Shown piece after piece: positions 46,384-56,418 of a stretch of DNA of 64,000 nucleotides. The notes below the pieces were generated by a model, which saw only the letters and a list, made by a program, of their open reading frames with translations, was not told where the DNA came from and ran no database searches. The DNA comes from an uncultured Clostridia bacterium (GTDB taxonomy: Bacteria; Bacillota; Clostridia; Christensenellales; UBA1242). The stretch's first letter is position 1. Every line of letters starts with the position of its first letter. The position numbers and the translations under genes were made by a program. Where the stretch lies: NCBI GenBank assembly GCA_947630745.1, contig CANRIT010000001.1, forward strand, positions 30,732 through 94,731, written 5' to 3'.

Positions 46384-46404
46384 AGCGGGATATCCGCTTT
46401 TTTG
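46384..46404 (+). terminator. intrinsic terminator
   Basis: AGCGG-GATAT-CCGCT followed by TTTTTT. Confidence 0.6.
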
Positions 46405-46490
46405 TTTGCAGTATTAAAAAAGCGTAAAAAAAATTGCAAATTTACTTTGCAAAAAATTTTAAGCTAAAAAGCAAAAAAGAAGCAAAAAAG

Positions 46491-47240
46491 TTATGCTCCT
46501 TCAATCAACATTTTGTCCGCGACAAGCGCAATAAATTCGCCATTGGTTGGCTTTTCGTTGCTGGAATAAACCTTTATGCCAAACAGATTGTTTATGTTTT
46601 CAATTTTGCCCCTGTTCCATGCCACTTCAATTGCGTGACGAATGGCGCGCTCAACTTTGGATGCGCTGGTGTCGTATTTTTCAGCAATGGTTGGGTAAAG
46701 TTTTTTGGTGATGCTGTTGATAATCTCAGGGTTGGCAATGGCAAGTTTAATGGCTTCACGCAAAAATTGGTAACCTTTTATGTGCGCTGGAATGCCCACA
46801 GTTATAAAGATATTAGAAATTTTTTCTTCCAAATGATTGGTGGTTTTTGCGTTGAAAAATTGTTTGCCCTGTGTGTCCGCGATCGACACAATATCGTCAA
46901 TGCGCTCTTTTAAAATTGCCACATCAAACGGCTTGATGCAATAGTATTTTGCGCCCATGGAAATTGCTTTGTTAATAAATCCGTCAATGGACAACGCCGA
47001 CTGGATGATGACATTGGTTTTGGTTAGGTCGATTGTTTCCAACACCTTAAACCCATCGCAGCCAGAAAGCACAATATCCATAACAACCACGCTTGGATTG
47101 TGTTTTTTAACAAGCTCAATCAGCTCGTCCCCGCTTGAAGTGGTTGCCACAATTTCGTATTTGTCGTCAGTAAAATTTTTGACCATATCGTTAATAATAT
47201 TTTGGTCCTCGTCTGCAAGTATAAGTGTAATTTTTTTCAT
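46491..47240 (-). CDS. spo0A: sporulation master regulator Spo0A
   Basis: 249 aa. Receiver domain (ILADED...VVMDIVL) plus Spo0A_C (GIPAHIKGYQFLREAI ... SKVERAIRHAIEVAW). Confidence 0.95.
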   Translation of the reverse strand: MKKITLILADEDQNIINDMVKNFTDDKYEIVATTSSGDELIELVKKHNPSVVVMDIVLSGCDGFKVLETIDLTKTNVIIQSALSIDGFINKAISMGAKYYCIKPFDVAILKERIDDIVSIADTQGKQFFNAKTTNHLEEKISNIFITVGIPAHIKGYQFLREAIKLAIANPEIINSITKKLYPTIAEKYDTSASKVERAIRHAIEVAWNRGKIENINNLFGIKVYSSNEKPTNGEFIALVADKMLIEGA

Positions 47241-47368
47241 AATTTTCCCCTTTTAAATGTTTTAAATTTTACACAAGGATATAATAGCAAAAATGTTAAA
47301 AAAATAAGAAAAAAATTATATACATTTTTGTGTAAGAATAGATTTTTATCCATAAATTTCTATTTTAA

Positions 47369-47375
47369 TGTCGAA
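47369..47375 (+). promoter_or_regulatory. perfect 0A-box (TGTCGAA) ~130 bp upstream of spo0A
   Basis: Exact 7-mer in the 606-bp AT-rich divergent intergenic region. A single 7-mer is weak evidence on its own. Confidence 0.3.
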
Positions 47376-47846
47376 AATAGAATATCAAAAAATCAATTTT
47401 TATATAATTATTTTTGGTTTTTTAAAATTTGATATATTTTAAACCTTTAATTTACAAAATTTTAAACTTAAAAATAGAAAAACAAATATATTTATTTAAA
47501 TTTTAAATAATTTGTCAACATAATGTTTTTTATTTTTATAATATTAATATAATCAAATATAACTATAATTAAGGAAGTTTTTAAAACGAAAATTAAAAGT
47601 CACTCAAATAAAAGAAAATTAAAATAATTTATTTAAATTAAACTTAAAAATAATTAAATTTTTCGCAAAAATTTCAAAAATAATAAAAATAGTTACAAAT
47701 TTTTATATTTTTTTAAATATTTTTTGATATTTTTTAAAATTATTCATATTTTTAATATTTAAATAATATATAACTATATAAGTTTTTTATTTTTTGGCAT
47801 ATTTTAATTTTTGTTGTTATACATTATGTAAGACGGAGGAGTTTTT

Positions 47847-49358
47847 ATGGAAGAAAATAATTCAACTTTAATTAGTTACGCAAAAAATTTGGGCAAACTT
47901 AATTTCACTTCGGTTATTTCGGTAAGCGTGGATGCAAACGCAAATATCAAAACTGTGCTGGATGCGGAAAGTTATCTGTTTGACACTTCGGTTGAATGCG
48001 TGTCGGGCAAAATGGTGGTTTCGGGCAAAATTGGAGTGCGCGTGCTGTACATTGACACAGACAACATTTCCAACACGGTTAGCGACAGCCAATCGTTTAG
48101 CGAAACATTGACCGACAGCAGCATAACCGCGGACAGCATAATTAACATTTGCAATCAAACCGCAAACTGCAACCTTGTTCAAACCGAGGGCGGAATTAAA
48201 ATAAATTGCGATGTTACCATAATGCCAATTATGTACATAAATTTGGGGCTAAATAACAACCTTACAAGTTTTGAAAACATCATTGTTAAAAAGAGCGAAA
48301 TTTCCACATGCACAATCGACAGCCATATTGACACCAATTTTGACTACACCATCAACCTTGAAAGCAAAGACAATGTGGCAAAAATTTTGATTTACAACGC
48401 CCACTTCACCCCAACTTCAATTAAGCCAGCCGAAAATTTGGTGATAGTAGAAGGCAAAATTTTAAGCCGCCTTGTTTACGAAACTATGAATGACGGCGAA
48501 AGCGAAATTAAAGAACTTTGCAATAACTTTACCATAAAAACCGATGTGCCAGCAAACAACATCACAAGCGAAAGTATGCTTGACTTGTCCTTTGTGCTTG
48601 ACCGCGCAAAAACCAGCATAGACACCGAAATTGATGACGGCAACAATGTGGTGGTTATTAAGCATAATGTAAAAATGTGTGGGGTAAGTTATAGGACAAT
48701 TTCGATTGATTTGGTTGACGATATGTATTCGATTGAAAACGAACTTGAACTTAGTGTGGGCAGCCGCGATTTTAGCCATGCAACCGAATGCGCAAATGTG
48801 GAAGAAACCGTGTCGGGCGAAATTTCAATTGAAGATGACGAGCCAGCCATTGAAGCGATTGTTTCCAACATAAACATTCTGCCCGAGATTACAAACAGCT
48901 ATTTAAAAGATGGCGAGTTGATTGTTGAAGGGATAATTTCCAGCCAATTAATTTATTTGGACGAAAACAAAGAGTACAAAAACAAATCCACCCAGTTGCC
49001 GTTTATTATCAACACAAAAATTAAACTTGAAAAACTTGATTGCCTACACAGCTCAATTTCAATTGAAGACTGCAAGGCGAAAGCAAAGCGCGGCACAATT
49101 GTTGAACTGGATTATGATGTGGAAATTTGCGTGTGCGCGTATGTGTGCGAAACCAAGCAGATGATTGACAATTTCACCCTTTTAAAGCCGCTGGATTTTG
49201 GCGAATATGACTATCAAATTTTTGTTGCCAAGTCAGGCGAAACCATGTGGGATGTTTGCAAGCGAATAAAAATCTCGCTTGACGACATCTGCAAATATAA
49301 TAAAGATTTGCCACAACTTTTTGAAGGCGGCGAAAAGATAATTGTCAAGCGCGGATAA
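47847..49358 (+). CDS. DUF3794 (SPOCS)-type repeat protein with a C-terminal LysM domain (SpoVID-like)
   Basis: 503 aa with a GGAGG RBS. Repeated beta-rich modules. C-terminal LysM (YQIFVAKSGETMWDVCKRIKISLDDICKYNKDL). Confidence 0.5.
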   Translation: MEENNSTLISYAKNLGKLNFTSVISVSVDANANIKTVLDAESYLFDTSVECVSGKMVVSGKIGVRVLYIDTDNISNTVSDSQSFSETLTDSSITADSIINICNQTANCNLVQTEGGIKINCDVTIMPIMYINLGLNNNLTSFENIIVKKSEISTCTIDSHIDTNFDYTINLESKDNVAKILIYNAHFTPTSIKPAENLVIVEGKILSRLVYETMNDGESEIKELCNNFTIKTDVPANNITSESMLDLSFVLDRAKTSIDTEIDDGNNVVVIKHNVKMCGVSYRTISIDLVDDMYSIENELELSVGSRDFSHATECANVEETVSGEISIEDDEPAIEAIVSNINILPEITNSYLKDGELIVEGIISSQLIYLDENKEYKNKSTQLPFIINTKIKLEKLDCLHSSISIEDCKAKAKRGTIVELDYDVEICVCAYVCETKQMIDNFTLLKPLDFGEYDYQIFVAKSGETMWDVCKRIKISLDDICKYNKDLPQLFEGGEKIIVKRG

Positions 49359-49426
49359 ACATTAAATTTAAAAAATAAACTTAATAAAATAAGCCGCAAA
49401 CACACACAAATCCAATAATTAAAAAA

Positions 49427-49449
49427 CACCTTTATAAAGTTTAAAGGTG
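49427..49449. terminator. bidirectional intrinsic terminator
   Basis: CACCTTTA-TAAAGTT-TAAAGGTG flanked by AAAAAA and TTTTTTT. Confidence 0.65.
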
Positions 49450-49461
49450 TTTTTTTGTAAT

Positions 49462-50058
49462 TTAATTTTCTTCGCGCGGCTCGTCAAGGAAAGATGCTTC
49501 TAGGTCGGAAACAAAAGTAAGCACGGCAATTGGAAATTTTTGAAAGGCATCATCTAAATCCGAACTGTATTGCGCGCGCGGGTCATATGGCCCCATATGC
49601 CAATTTATAGCCATTGCCTCTTCCCGTGTTAGGCGCATATAGGCAGACACAACATACACGCTTTTTTCGCCATGACCGTACGGAAGTGGATTGTTGTAAG
49701 CAAAATATGGCACTTGAATCCACTGCCCGTTTTCTTTTTTGTTGCGCAAATCTTTGGTGTAGGTGTTCACCTTGCAGATATCGTGCAGCAAACCAATTAT
49801 TGCAATGCTTTCGTCCGAAATTTTGCTTGAATAATCCTGCCCGTACTCGCTAATTATATTTTGTTTAAGCCGCTTGTAAACATTAAGCGCGTGAAAGCAC
49901 AATCCCCCTTCAAACGCCGAATGCCGTCTACCCGATGCGGGTGCGGTAAAAAAGTCGGTGCTGTTGGTTATGTATTCAAGCAGTTTGTCCGCGCCTTCAC
50001 GCTTGATAGTGGAATAGATTTGCAAAAATTCTTGCTTATTTTCTTCAATCGATTGCAT
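49462..50058 (-). CDS. HD-domain phosphohydrolase
   Basis: 198 aa. H...LLHDICK and HGEKS motifs. GGAGG RBS. Confidence 0.8.
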   Translation of the reverse strand: MQSIEENKQEFLQIYSTIKREGADKLLEYITNSTDFFTAPASGRRHSAFEGGLCFHALNVYKRLKQNIISEYGQDYSSKISDESIAIIGLLHDICKVNTYTKDLRNKKENGQWIQVPYFAYNNPLPYGHGEKSVYVVSAYMRLTREEAMAINWHMGPYDPRAQYSSDLDDAFQKFPIAVLTFVSDLEASFLDEPREEN

Positions 50059-50171
50059 TTTTCCTCCTTTGAATTTCTATTTGGTTTGGCTTTCAAATCG
50101 CTTCGAAGCTTGGGCTTGTATGCGCCAAATCACTTTCCCGCCAATAGAAAGGGATTTGGCGTGTTGTCCCG

Positions 50172-51197
50172 CTAAGCTGATTTCAACACCAAACTTATAG
50201 TTTTAAAAAGCTCTTCTGCCGCTTTATTTAGTTTAATTTTTCCTATCAACACATTTTGTAATGTGGCTGCAATTGGCATAAAAAGTTTTTGCTGGTCGCT
50301 AACTTGTTGATTGTATTTATCCCTAAGTTTTAACAACGCCTCGCAAGTTTTATATCCTTCTGGCTGGGTGGATGAAATGTATTTTTTAAGCACCTTTTCA
50401 TCCAATGTGTTATGTTTAATTATGCTTTTGCCAAAGGTTAAATTTTTGCTGTTGTCGTCAAACATGGTGGCTTGATAATCGCCAAGCAAAGCAAGCCCGT
50501 GCGCGCTTTCCCGCTTTCCGCCAAGCGCATCAATAAGCCCAGACATTTCAATCACACTTGCCACCATAAGCCCGCCAATGCAGTGCTTATATTTTTCACT
50601 CTCACTTAAAATTCCCGCCGCAATGCCATAAACATTTTTTGCTGCCGCACCCAACTCAGTACCCACAATATCTGCTGAAGTGGACAAATCAATTTTGTCG
50701 CTGCTAAACGCCTTTGCAATTGTTTTGGCAAGTTTGTCGCTATATGCACTTATAAGCATGTTTGCTTTCCCGCCCGCCGAAATTGATTGCACATGCCCGG
50801 GACCTACCCAAACCGCAATGTTTTCGCGCGGAATACCGGCATCTTTTAAAACTTCACTAAGTCGCCTACCCGTGCTTGCCTCAATGCCCTTCATTGCAAT
50901 GCAATAGCACTTTTTGTTGTAGCCACTTATCTCACGCAATTGCTCGGTAAGCTGTTGCAAATTTTGGCTAAGGATAGAAATAATAACCAAATCTGCCCCT
51001 TTAAGCGCGTCCGCCAAATTGTGCGTGTACTTCACCTTTTTGGAAAGGGTTACATACTGGTTTTTGCCCGTGGTGAAAAGCGGACTTTCCACACTTCCCA
51101 CCCGTTGCCACATGGTTACATTATACTTTAATTCATCCAACTGACAGGCAATGCAACTCGCCCACCTGCCCGTACCTAAAATGGAAATATTTTTCAT
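50172..51197 (-). CDS. gpsA: NAD(P)H-dependent glycerol-3-phosphate dehydrogenase
   Basis: ISILGTGRWAS Rossmann N-terminus. GTELGAAAKNVYGIAAG matches the GpsA signature. AAAGGA RBS, 10 nt after lysS. Confidence 0.8.
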   Translation of the reverse strand: MKNISILGTGRWASCIACQLDELKYNVTMWQRVGSVESPLFTTGKNQYVTLSKKVKYTHNLADALKGADLVIISILSQNLQQLTEQLREISGYNKKCYCIAMKGIEASTGRRLSEVLKDAGIPRENIAVWVGPGHVQSISAGGKANMLISAYSDKLAKTIAKAFSSDKIDLSTSADIVGTELGAAAKNVYGIAAGILSESEKYKHCIGGLMVASVIEMSGLIDALGGKRESAHGLALLGDYQATMFDDNSKNLTFGKSIIKHNTLDEKVLKKYISSTQPEGYKTCEALLKLRDKYNQQVSDQQKLFMPIAATLQNVLIGKIKLNKAAEELFKTISLVLKSA

Positions 51198-51207
51198 AAA
51201 CAATCCT

Positions 51208-52743
51208 TTAATTGTTTGCGTCTGGTTTGGTTATTGGGAACAAAATGGTTTCGCGGATGTTTTCCAAATCAAGCAAGTGGTAAATAAATATATCAATGCC
51301 AAACCCAATGCCCGAAATTGGTGGGAAGCCGTGTTCCATCGCCAAAATATATTCTTTATCGTAATCCATCGCCTCAGCATCGCCACGCTGTTTTGCTTTT
51401 GCTTGCTCTTCAAAATTGCGCTTTTGCTGGATTGGGTTAACCAACTCGCTGTAACCTTTAACCATCTCTTGCCCATCAATAACAAGTTGGAACATTTCAA
51501 TAATGCGGTCGTCGTCATCGCTGTACCTTGCAAGCGGAACAACATTTGGATAGTTGTATAAGATTGTAGGCTCAACAATGTTGCTGCGGATTTTGCGCTT
51601 GTAAACAAGGTCAATAAGCCCGCCCACAGTAAATTGGTCTTTCATGTCCGCCTCGTCAAGCAAATTCTTTTTGCGGATTAAATCTTTAAATTTGTCCGCA
51701 TCGGTAATGTCAAGCACGTTTACCCCAACAATCTCGTTAACCTTTGCTAAGAAATCCATGCGCGGAAATTTTTCTGGCAACTTAATAACTCTGCCTTGCG
51801 AACTAAATTCGTACTTGCCAAAAACAAACTTGCACACTTCGCGGAAAAGTTCGGTGTAAAAGTTTATGCTGTCTTCAAAGTCCCAATATGCGGCGTAACT
51901 TTCAAGCATGGTAAACTCTTGCAACTTGTCCACACAAATACCTTCGTTGCGGAAGTCTTTTGCAAATTCAAAAATTTTGTCAAAGCCGCTGGCAATAACG
52001 CGTTTGTGGAAAGTTTCGGGCGAAATGCGCAAATTCATGTCCAAGTCAAGCGCGTTATGGTGGGTGCGGAAAGGTTTTGCCAATGCGCCGCTAACCGCGT
52101 TTTGAAGGATTGGAGTTTCCACTTCCAAAAAGCCATGTTTGTTGTAAAATTCGCGGATAAATTGCATAACTTTAAACCTTATTAAAACCGCTTGTCTGCT
52201 CTTCTCGTTCATAATAAGGTCAAGGTAACGCTGGCGATAGCGGCTTTCTGTGTCGGTAAGCCCATGAAATTTTTCTGGCAGTGTTCTAAGTGCTTTTGTA
52301 AGCAACACAAACTTTTCCACCTGCACGGTTAGCTCGCCCGTTTGGGTGCGGATAAGTTCACCTTCCGCGCCAACAAAATCGCCCACATCGCAAAAGTCTT
52401 TAAAATATTTAAGCCTGTCTTCACCCACAATGTTTTGGCTTAAACTAATCTGCACACTTGTGCGGATTGGTGCGGTGAAGTCGGCATCAAAATTGTCGCC
52501 AATCGCATAAAGGCGCGCAAAAATAAGTTTGCCAAAAGTGCGTTTAAAAATCATGCGGCCAGCAATGCTAACATGTGTGCCTAATTCAACATTTTCAAGC
52601 GCGTGGATTTCGTGTGTTTTGTTATATTTTGCCTTGTACGCCTTTTCCCCACTTGCTTCCAATTTTTTAACTTTTTCAACCTTAATTTCAAACTCGTTTA
52701 AGTCGTTTAACTGATTGTTGTTTTGATTGTTTTGGTTTTGCAT
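51208..52743 (-). CDS. lysS: lysine--tRNA ligase (class II)
   Basis: 511 aa. OB-fold N-domain plus class II core (RYRQRYLDLI, FRNEG, GGIGFGIDI-type motif). Confidence 0.97.
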   Translation of the reverse strand: MQNQNNQNNNQLNDLNEFEIKVEKVKKLEASGEKAYKAKYNKTHEIHALENVELGTHVSIAGRMIFKRTFGKLIFARLYAIGDNFDADFTAPIRTSVQISLSQNIVGEDRLKYFKDFCDVGDFVGAEGELIRTQTGELTVQVEKFVLLTKALRTLPEKFHGLTDTESRYRQRYLDLIMNEKSRQAVLIRFKVMQFIREFYNKHGFLEVETPILQNAVSGALAKPFRTHHNALDLDMNLRISPETFHKRVIASGFDKIFEFAKDFRNEGICVDKLQEFTMLESYAAYWDFEDSINFYTELFREVCKFVFGKYEFSSQGRVIKLPEKFPRMDFLAKVNEIVGVNVLDITDADKFKDLIRKKNLLDEADMKDQFTVGGLIDLVYKRKIRSNIVEPTILYNYPNVVPLARYSDDDDRIIEMFQLVIDGQEMVKGYSELVNPIQQKRNFEEQAKAKQRGDAEAMDYDKEYILAMEHGFPPISGIGFGIDIFIYHLLDLENIRETILFPITKPDANN

Positions 52744-52874
52744 AAATTCTCCTTTAAAATAAAAAAATGTTTAATTGCTAGTAAATTATATCAAACCACA
52801 AATTAAAAGTCAAACATACAAACCAAACTTGCGCAAATTGGTGTTTTTGCAACAAAAAAAATGGGTGTTGCCCA

Positions 52875-53567
52875 TTAAATTTTTGAAATTTCATCAATGT
52901 CGCATTTTTTAATTTGATTGCTGATTCTGCTTTTTTCTTCTTGCAAAAGTTTGTTTTCTTTGGCTAGGTGGCTTATTTCGCCCTTAATGTATTCCGCATC
53001 GTTAAGCAGATTTTTTTTGCTTTCGTTTTCCTTAATCCTTTTTTCCAAAAGCGAAATACGGGTTTGTTTGCTTTGCTTAATTTTTGTTTCAATCAACTTC
53101 CACATAACCTTTTTAACTTCGGGGAAATCCATAACAAGGCGCACCCAATCTGGATGCTCACCCGCGGTTAGGCTATCCAGCGGCAAAACAAAATCGTATT
53201 TAGACAGCGTTTCGCTAAACACACTTTCGTTATAACTTATATCGTACTCATAACTTTGCGCGCGCTTTGCGTTTAGTGAAAATAAGGTTAAGCTTACATT
53301 CATTTCAATGGGAAAATAGTCATCAATTTCAATTTTTACATCATAACCTTTTTTTAACATGGCGTCTTTAAGGGCATCTTCAAAATCTTTCAACCTAACA
53401 GCAAAAATTAGTTGGCGTTGTTTGTCAGTATAGCCAAGCTTGCTAAACTTTTCGTCAACCAAAAAATTTACTGCGTATTCTTTTGCCTTGTCAAAGTTGT
53501 TGTTATATGTAAGACTTTTTAATGCAACAATTTCTTCAACCTTTTTTCTAAAAAGATTTAGATTCAT
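52875..53567 (-). CDS. hypothetical protein with a C-terminal coiled coil
   Basis: 230-aa ORF with a G-rich RBS. No family recognised. Confidence 0.55.
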   Translation of the reverse strand: MNLNLFRKKVEEIVALKSLTYNNNFDKAKEYAVNFLVDEKFSKLGYTDKQRQLIFAVRLKDFEDALKDAMLKKGYDVKIEIDDYFPIEMNVSLTLFSLNAKRAQSYEYDISYNESVFSETLSKYDFVLPLDSLTAGEHPDWVRLVMDFPEVKKVMWKLIETKIKQSKQTRISLLEKRIKENESKKNLLNDAEYIKGEISHLAKENKLLQEEKSRISNQIKKCDIDEISKI

Positions 53568-53736
53568 AAAAAAGACCCCCCATATTACTAAATATATTAA
53601 TACAAAAATTAAAAATTGTCAAATTAAATAACAAAAAGGAACAGTTTTTTAACTTTTTTTTCAAAATTTTGGCAAAATTAAAAATATTTTCGACAAATAA
53701 AAAATCTTATCCGCCACCCGCGCACAATTTTGAAAC

Positions 53737-53756
53737 AAAAAAAGTGGCAATGCCAC
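53737..53756 (-). terminator. intrinsic terminator of jag
   Basis: On the minus strand: GTGGCA-T-TGCCAC followed by TTTTTTT, directly after the stop codon. Confidence 0.55.
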
Positions 53757-54479
53757 CTATTTTTTAAAGATTGGTTTAACCACTACATGGCGTTTTTCAC
53801 CTTCGCCTGTGCTTTCCGTTGTAACATCATCCCTGCCTTGAAGTGTGGTGTGGATAATTCTGCGGTCGTACGCGCTCATTGGGTCAAGGTGAATGTTGTG
53901 CCCAATGTTGATTGCTTGCTCAGCCGTTTTGTTTGCCAAATCAACAAGCGATTGCCCGCGACTTGCCTTATAGCCGTCAATATCAAGATAGATGCGGATT
54001 GCACCTTCGTTTTTGCGCTTTAACCCAGACAACAAAAACTGTATCGCCTTTAAGTTGTCGCCATGAAAACCAATAAACTTGCCCAAATTTTCACCTTTAA
54101 CTGCAAAGGATAATTCGTTTTCACCCTCGCTGCATTCAATAGTGGCATTTGGGTCAACAAAATGCACCAACCCAGTTAAAAATTGGCTGCACGCTTCTTT
54201 TAAACGCGAACTATCCACCACGCGTTTTGGTTTTGGTTGGGCGGTTTCAACCACTTCTTCCGCTTGTTCAACTTGTTCTTGTTGGCTTACGGGTTCTGCT
54301 GCAACTTCTTCTTGCTTGGTCTCAGTTTGCTCGCCCCAACTAAGCTGAACTTTTGCCTTTTTAAAAAGTCCGCCTTGTTCAAGCACTTTAACTTCCACTT
54401 GGTCGCGAGTTAACCCGCACTCTAAAAGCCCATTTTGAATTGCTATTTCAACATTTTTTCCAGTTGCTGTAATTTGCAT
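53757..54479 (-). CDS. jag: Jag/KhpB RNA-binding protein (Jag_N-KH-R3H)
   Basis: 240 aa. R3H end (DPMSAYDRRIIHTTLQ). Lies downstream of yidC. Confidence 0.9.
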   Translation of the reverse strand: MQITATGKNVEIAIQNGLLECGLTRDQVEVKVLEQGGLFKKAKVQLSWGEQTETKQEEVAAEPVSQQEQVEQAEEVVETAQPKPKRVVDSSRLKEACSQFLTGLVHFVDPNATIECSEGENELSFAVKGENLGKFIGFHGDNLKAIQFLLSGLKRKNEGAIRIYLDIDGYKASRGQSLVDLANKTAEQAINIGHNIHLDPMSAYDRRIIHTTLQGRDDVTTESTGEGEKRHVVVKPIFKK

Positions 54480-54503
54480 ATTTCCTCCTAAATAAAGTGC
54501 AAT

Positions 54504-55559
54504 TTACTTTTTGCCTTTTTTGTTTTGTGCGTTGTAATTTCTGCTGTATTCAACCACTGGCACTTTTGGTTTGATAAGTTCTTCCAACGATTTTTTGCTG
54601 TTTATTTTGCGCATTATAAGCGAAATTATTGTTGAGATAATTGCCGACATAATGCTGTTGGTTAAGATGTACAAAGTAAACACCACGTTGGATGTCCATG
54701 CAAACAAAATCATGGAAAGTGGCAAAACTATCATCATAATTATGTTCATCATGCTAAGTTTTTGCCCTTTTGGTGCAAGCAGTTTCATGGATAAGAATTG
54801 TGTTAAAAAGTTTACAATTGCGCAAAGGAAAATCAGCACAAAATAACCATTGTTGTCCTTGCCTTCACCCACAATTGATGAGGTGATAGCATTGTATCTT
54901 TCCCGCGCTTGCTCACGCTGCTCGCCCGACAAATTTTGCTGATTGGCAAAGCTGTCAAACGATATAAATTGGCTTACATTTCTGTCCGCTTTCCAAACGT
55001 TTTTAACCCAAAGCCAACTGTTGCGCTTTTCAAGCTGCTGATACTTTTCTTTTGCCATGTCAATTGCATAACTTTTTGCATCGGCATACACATCCACGCT
55101 TATAACATCTTCATCAAGTTTTTGCTGATACTCGCTTTCCGCGGTGACATATGCGCTATCGATTTGACTGTAACTTTCATATAACTTGCTTGTGCCGTAA
55201 CTGCGTATGCTGCCATACAAGGTGAAGAACACCACTGCTGTAACAACAAACGACAACAACATAGTCAAGCAAATTCCACCCATGCCAGTGTTGTATTTTT
55301 TATAGATTTTTTGAGTTTCTGCATTTATGCGCTCTTTATTGTCGCCATACTTCTTTTTTATGGCATCCAATTCAGGCTGCATGTATGCGGTGACGCGCGA
55401 CTGCTTTTGGGTTGCCACACGCTGCATGATGTCAAGTGGAGTAAGCACAAGTTTAAGCACCACGGTAAACACCACAATTGCCCAACCATAGTTTACAATC
55501 CATTTGGCAAACAAGTCAATGATGTGTGTCCAAAGGTCGGCTAATAACATTCCATTCAT
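54504..55559 (-). CDS. yidC: membrane protein insertase YidC/SpoIIIJ
   Basis: 351 aa, five TM helices, basic C-tail. Conserved position after rnpA-yidD. Confidence 0.9.
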   Translation of the reverse strand: MNGMLLADLWTHIIDLFAKWIVNYGWAIVVFTVVLKLVLTPLDIMQRVATQKQSRVTAYMQPELDAIKKKYGDNKERINAETQKIYKKYNTGMGGICLTMLLSFVVTAVVFFTLYGSIRSYGTSKLYESYSQIDSAYVTAESEYQQKLDEDVISVDVYADAKSYAIDMAKEKYQQLEKRNSWLWVKNVWKADRNVSQFISFDSFANQQNLSGEQREQARERYNAITSSIVGEGKDNNGYFVLIFLCAIVNFLTQFLSMKLLAPKGQKLSMMNIIMMIVLPLSMILFAWTSNVVFTLYILTNSIMSAIISTIISLIMRKINSKKSLEELIKPKVPVVEYSRNYNAQNKKGKK

Positions 55560-55574
55560 AATAAATCCTTTTAG

Positions 55575-55844
55575 TTAACATTTCCACTTAAAATCGCCAC
55601 AAAGGTTTGGCGGAACAAAGTCGTATTCGCCCTTAATTTTATGGCAACGCAAAATCCGCCTTGCTGCCAAAATTCCGCCCAAAATTGCGCCATACTGCTT
55701 AACTGCATAAAGCCCAAAACTGCTGCAAGTTGGCATGCTGTTGCACCATCGCCCAAGCTTGCTTATTGTAAGTTTGTATAGCCAAATAAGCCCAATGCAA
55801 ACAAGCGTAAGCGGATAGGTTAAAATGTAATAAATTTTAAACAT
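55575..55844 (-). CDS. yidD: membrane protein insertion efficiency factor YidD
   Basis: MPTCSSFGLYAVKQYG ... RRILRCH matches the YidD C..PTCS.Y pattern. Overlaps the end of rnpA. Confidence 0.85.
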   Translation of the reverse strand: MFKIYYILTYPLTLVCIGLIWLYKLTISKLGRWCNSMPTCSSFGLYAVKQYGAILGGILAARRILRCHKIKGEYDFVPPNLCGDFKWKC

Positions 55845-56277
55845 TATCGCCCTCGTTTTTGTTTTGGCTGTTTTGGTTGGCGTTTTTTATGCTGTTGTCT
55901 TTTGCCTTAAAAACCTTGTGTACAATTTGCGCGCTTTGCTCTTCCCTATAGAGATGATTTTTTTTAAGCAAAAACATAAGTTCGCTTTCAATATCTTGCA
56001 TCTTTTTATCTTTGGCGGAAGGCTTTGCGGTTATAACATAATTTTTAACTGCAAACTTGTTTATGTTAAGGCGGCAGGCTTCACTTATTATGCGCTTAAC
56101 ACGGCTGCGCACCACGCTGTTGCCCACCTGTTTTGACACCGCCACCCCAATTTGTGCGTATGGGCGGGTTGGCTTGACATAATGAACAAAAAGGTCGGGT
56201 GCGTGCGCGATTGTACCTTTGCGATAAATAAAATTAAACTCTTTGCGCTTTTTTAAGCGATTTTGTTTTTTTAGCAT
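55837..56277 (-). CDS. rnpA: ribonuclease P protein component
   Basis: LKKRKEFNFIYRKG ... VGNSVVRSRVKRIISE. Extended C-terminal tail. Confidence 0.9.
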   Translation of the reverse strand: MLKKQNRLKKRKEFNFIYRKGTIAHAPDLFVHYVKPTRPYAQIGVAVSKQVGNSVVRSRVKRIISEACRLNINKFAVKNYVITAKPSAKDKKMQDIESELMFLLKKNHLYREEQSAQIVHKVFKAKDNSIKNANQNSQNKNEGDNV

Positions 56278-56283
56278 AATCCC

Positions 56284-56418
56284 CTACACTGTCAATTGTT
56301 TTTTGCCTTTGTTTCTGCGCCTTTTTAAAACTTTTCTGCCAGATAAAGTTTTCATCCTAGCCCTAAAACCATGCACTTTGTTGCGCTGTTTCTTTTTAGG
56401 TTGATAAGTTCTTTTCAT
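56284..56418 (-). CDS. rpmH: 50S ribosomal protein L34
   Basis: Absent from the ORF track (44 aa). The reverse complement translates to [53 protein letters not shown]. Confidence 0.95.
   Translation of the reverse strand: MKRTYQPKKKQRNKVHGFRARMKTLSGRKVLKRRRNKGKKQLTV

Noticed and set aside
47767-47780. Shared 14-mer TATATAACTATATA at 47767-47780 and 59537-59550 as a regulatory motif.
   Set aside because: It is almost pure A/T in very A/T-rich spacers and occurs only twice. The match is plausibly a coincidence without composition-corrected statistics.
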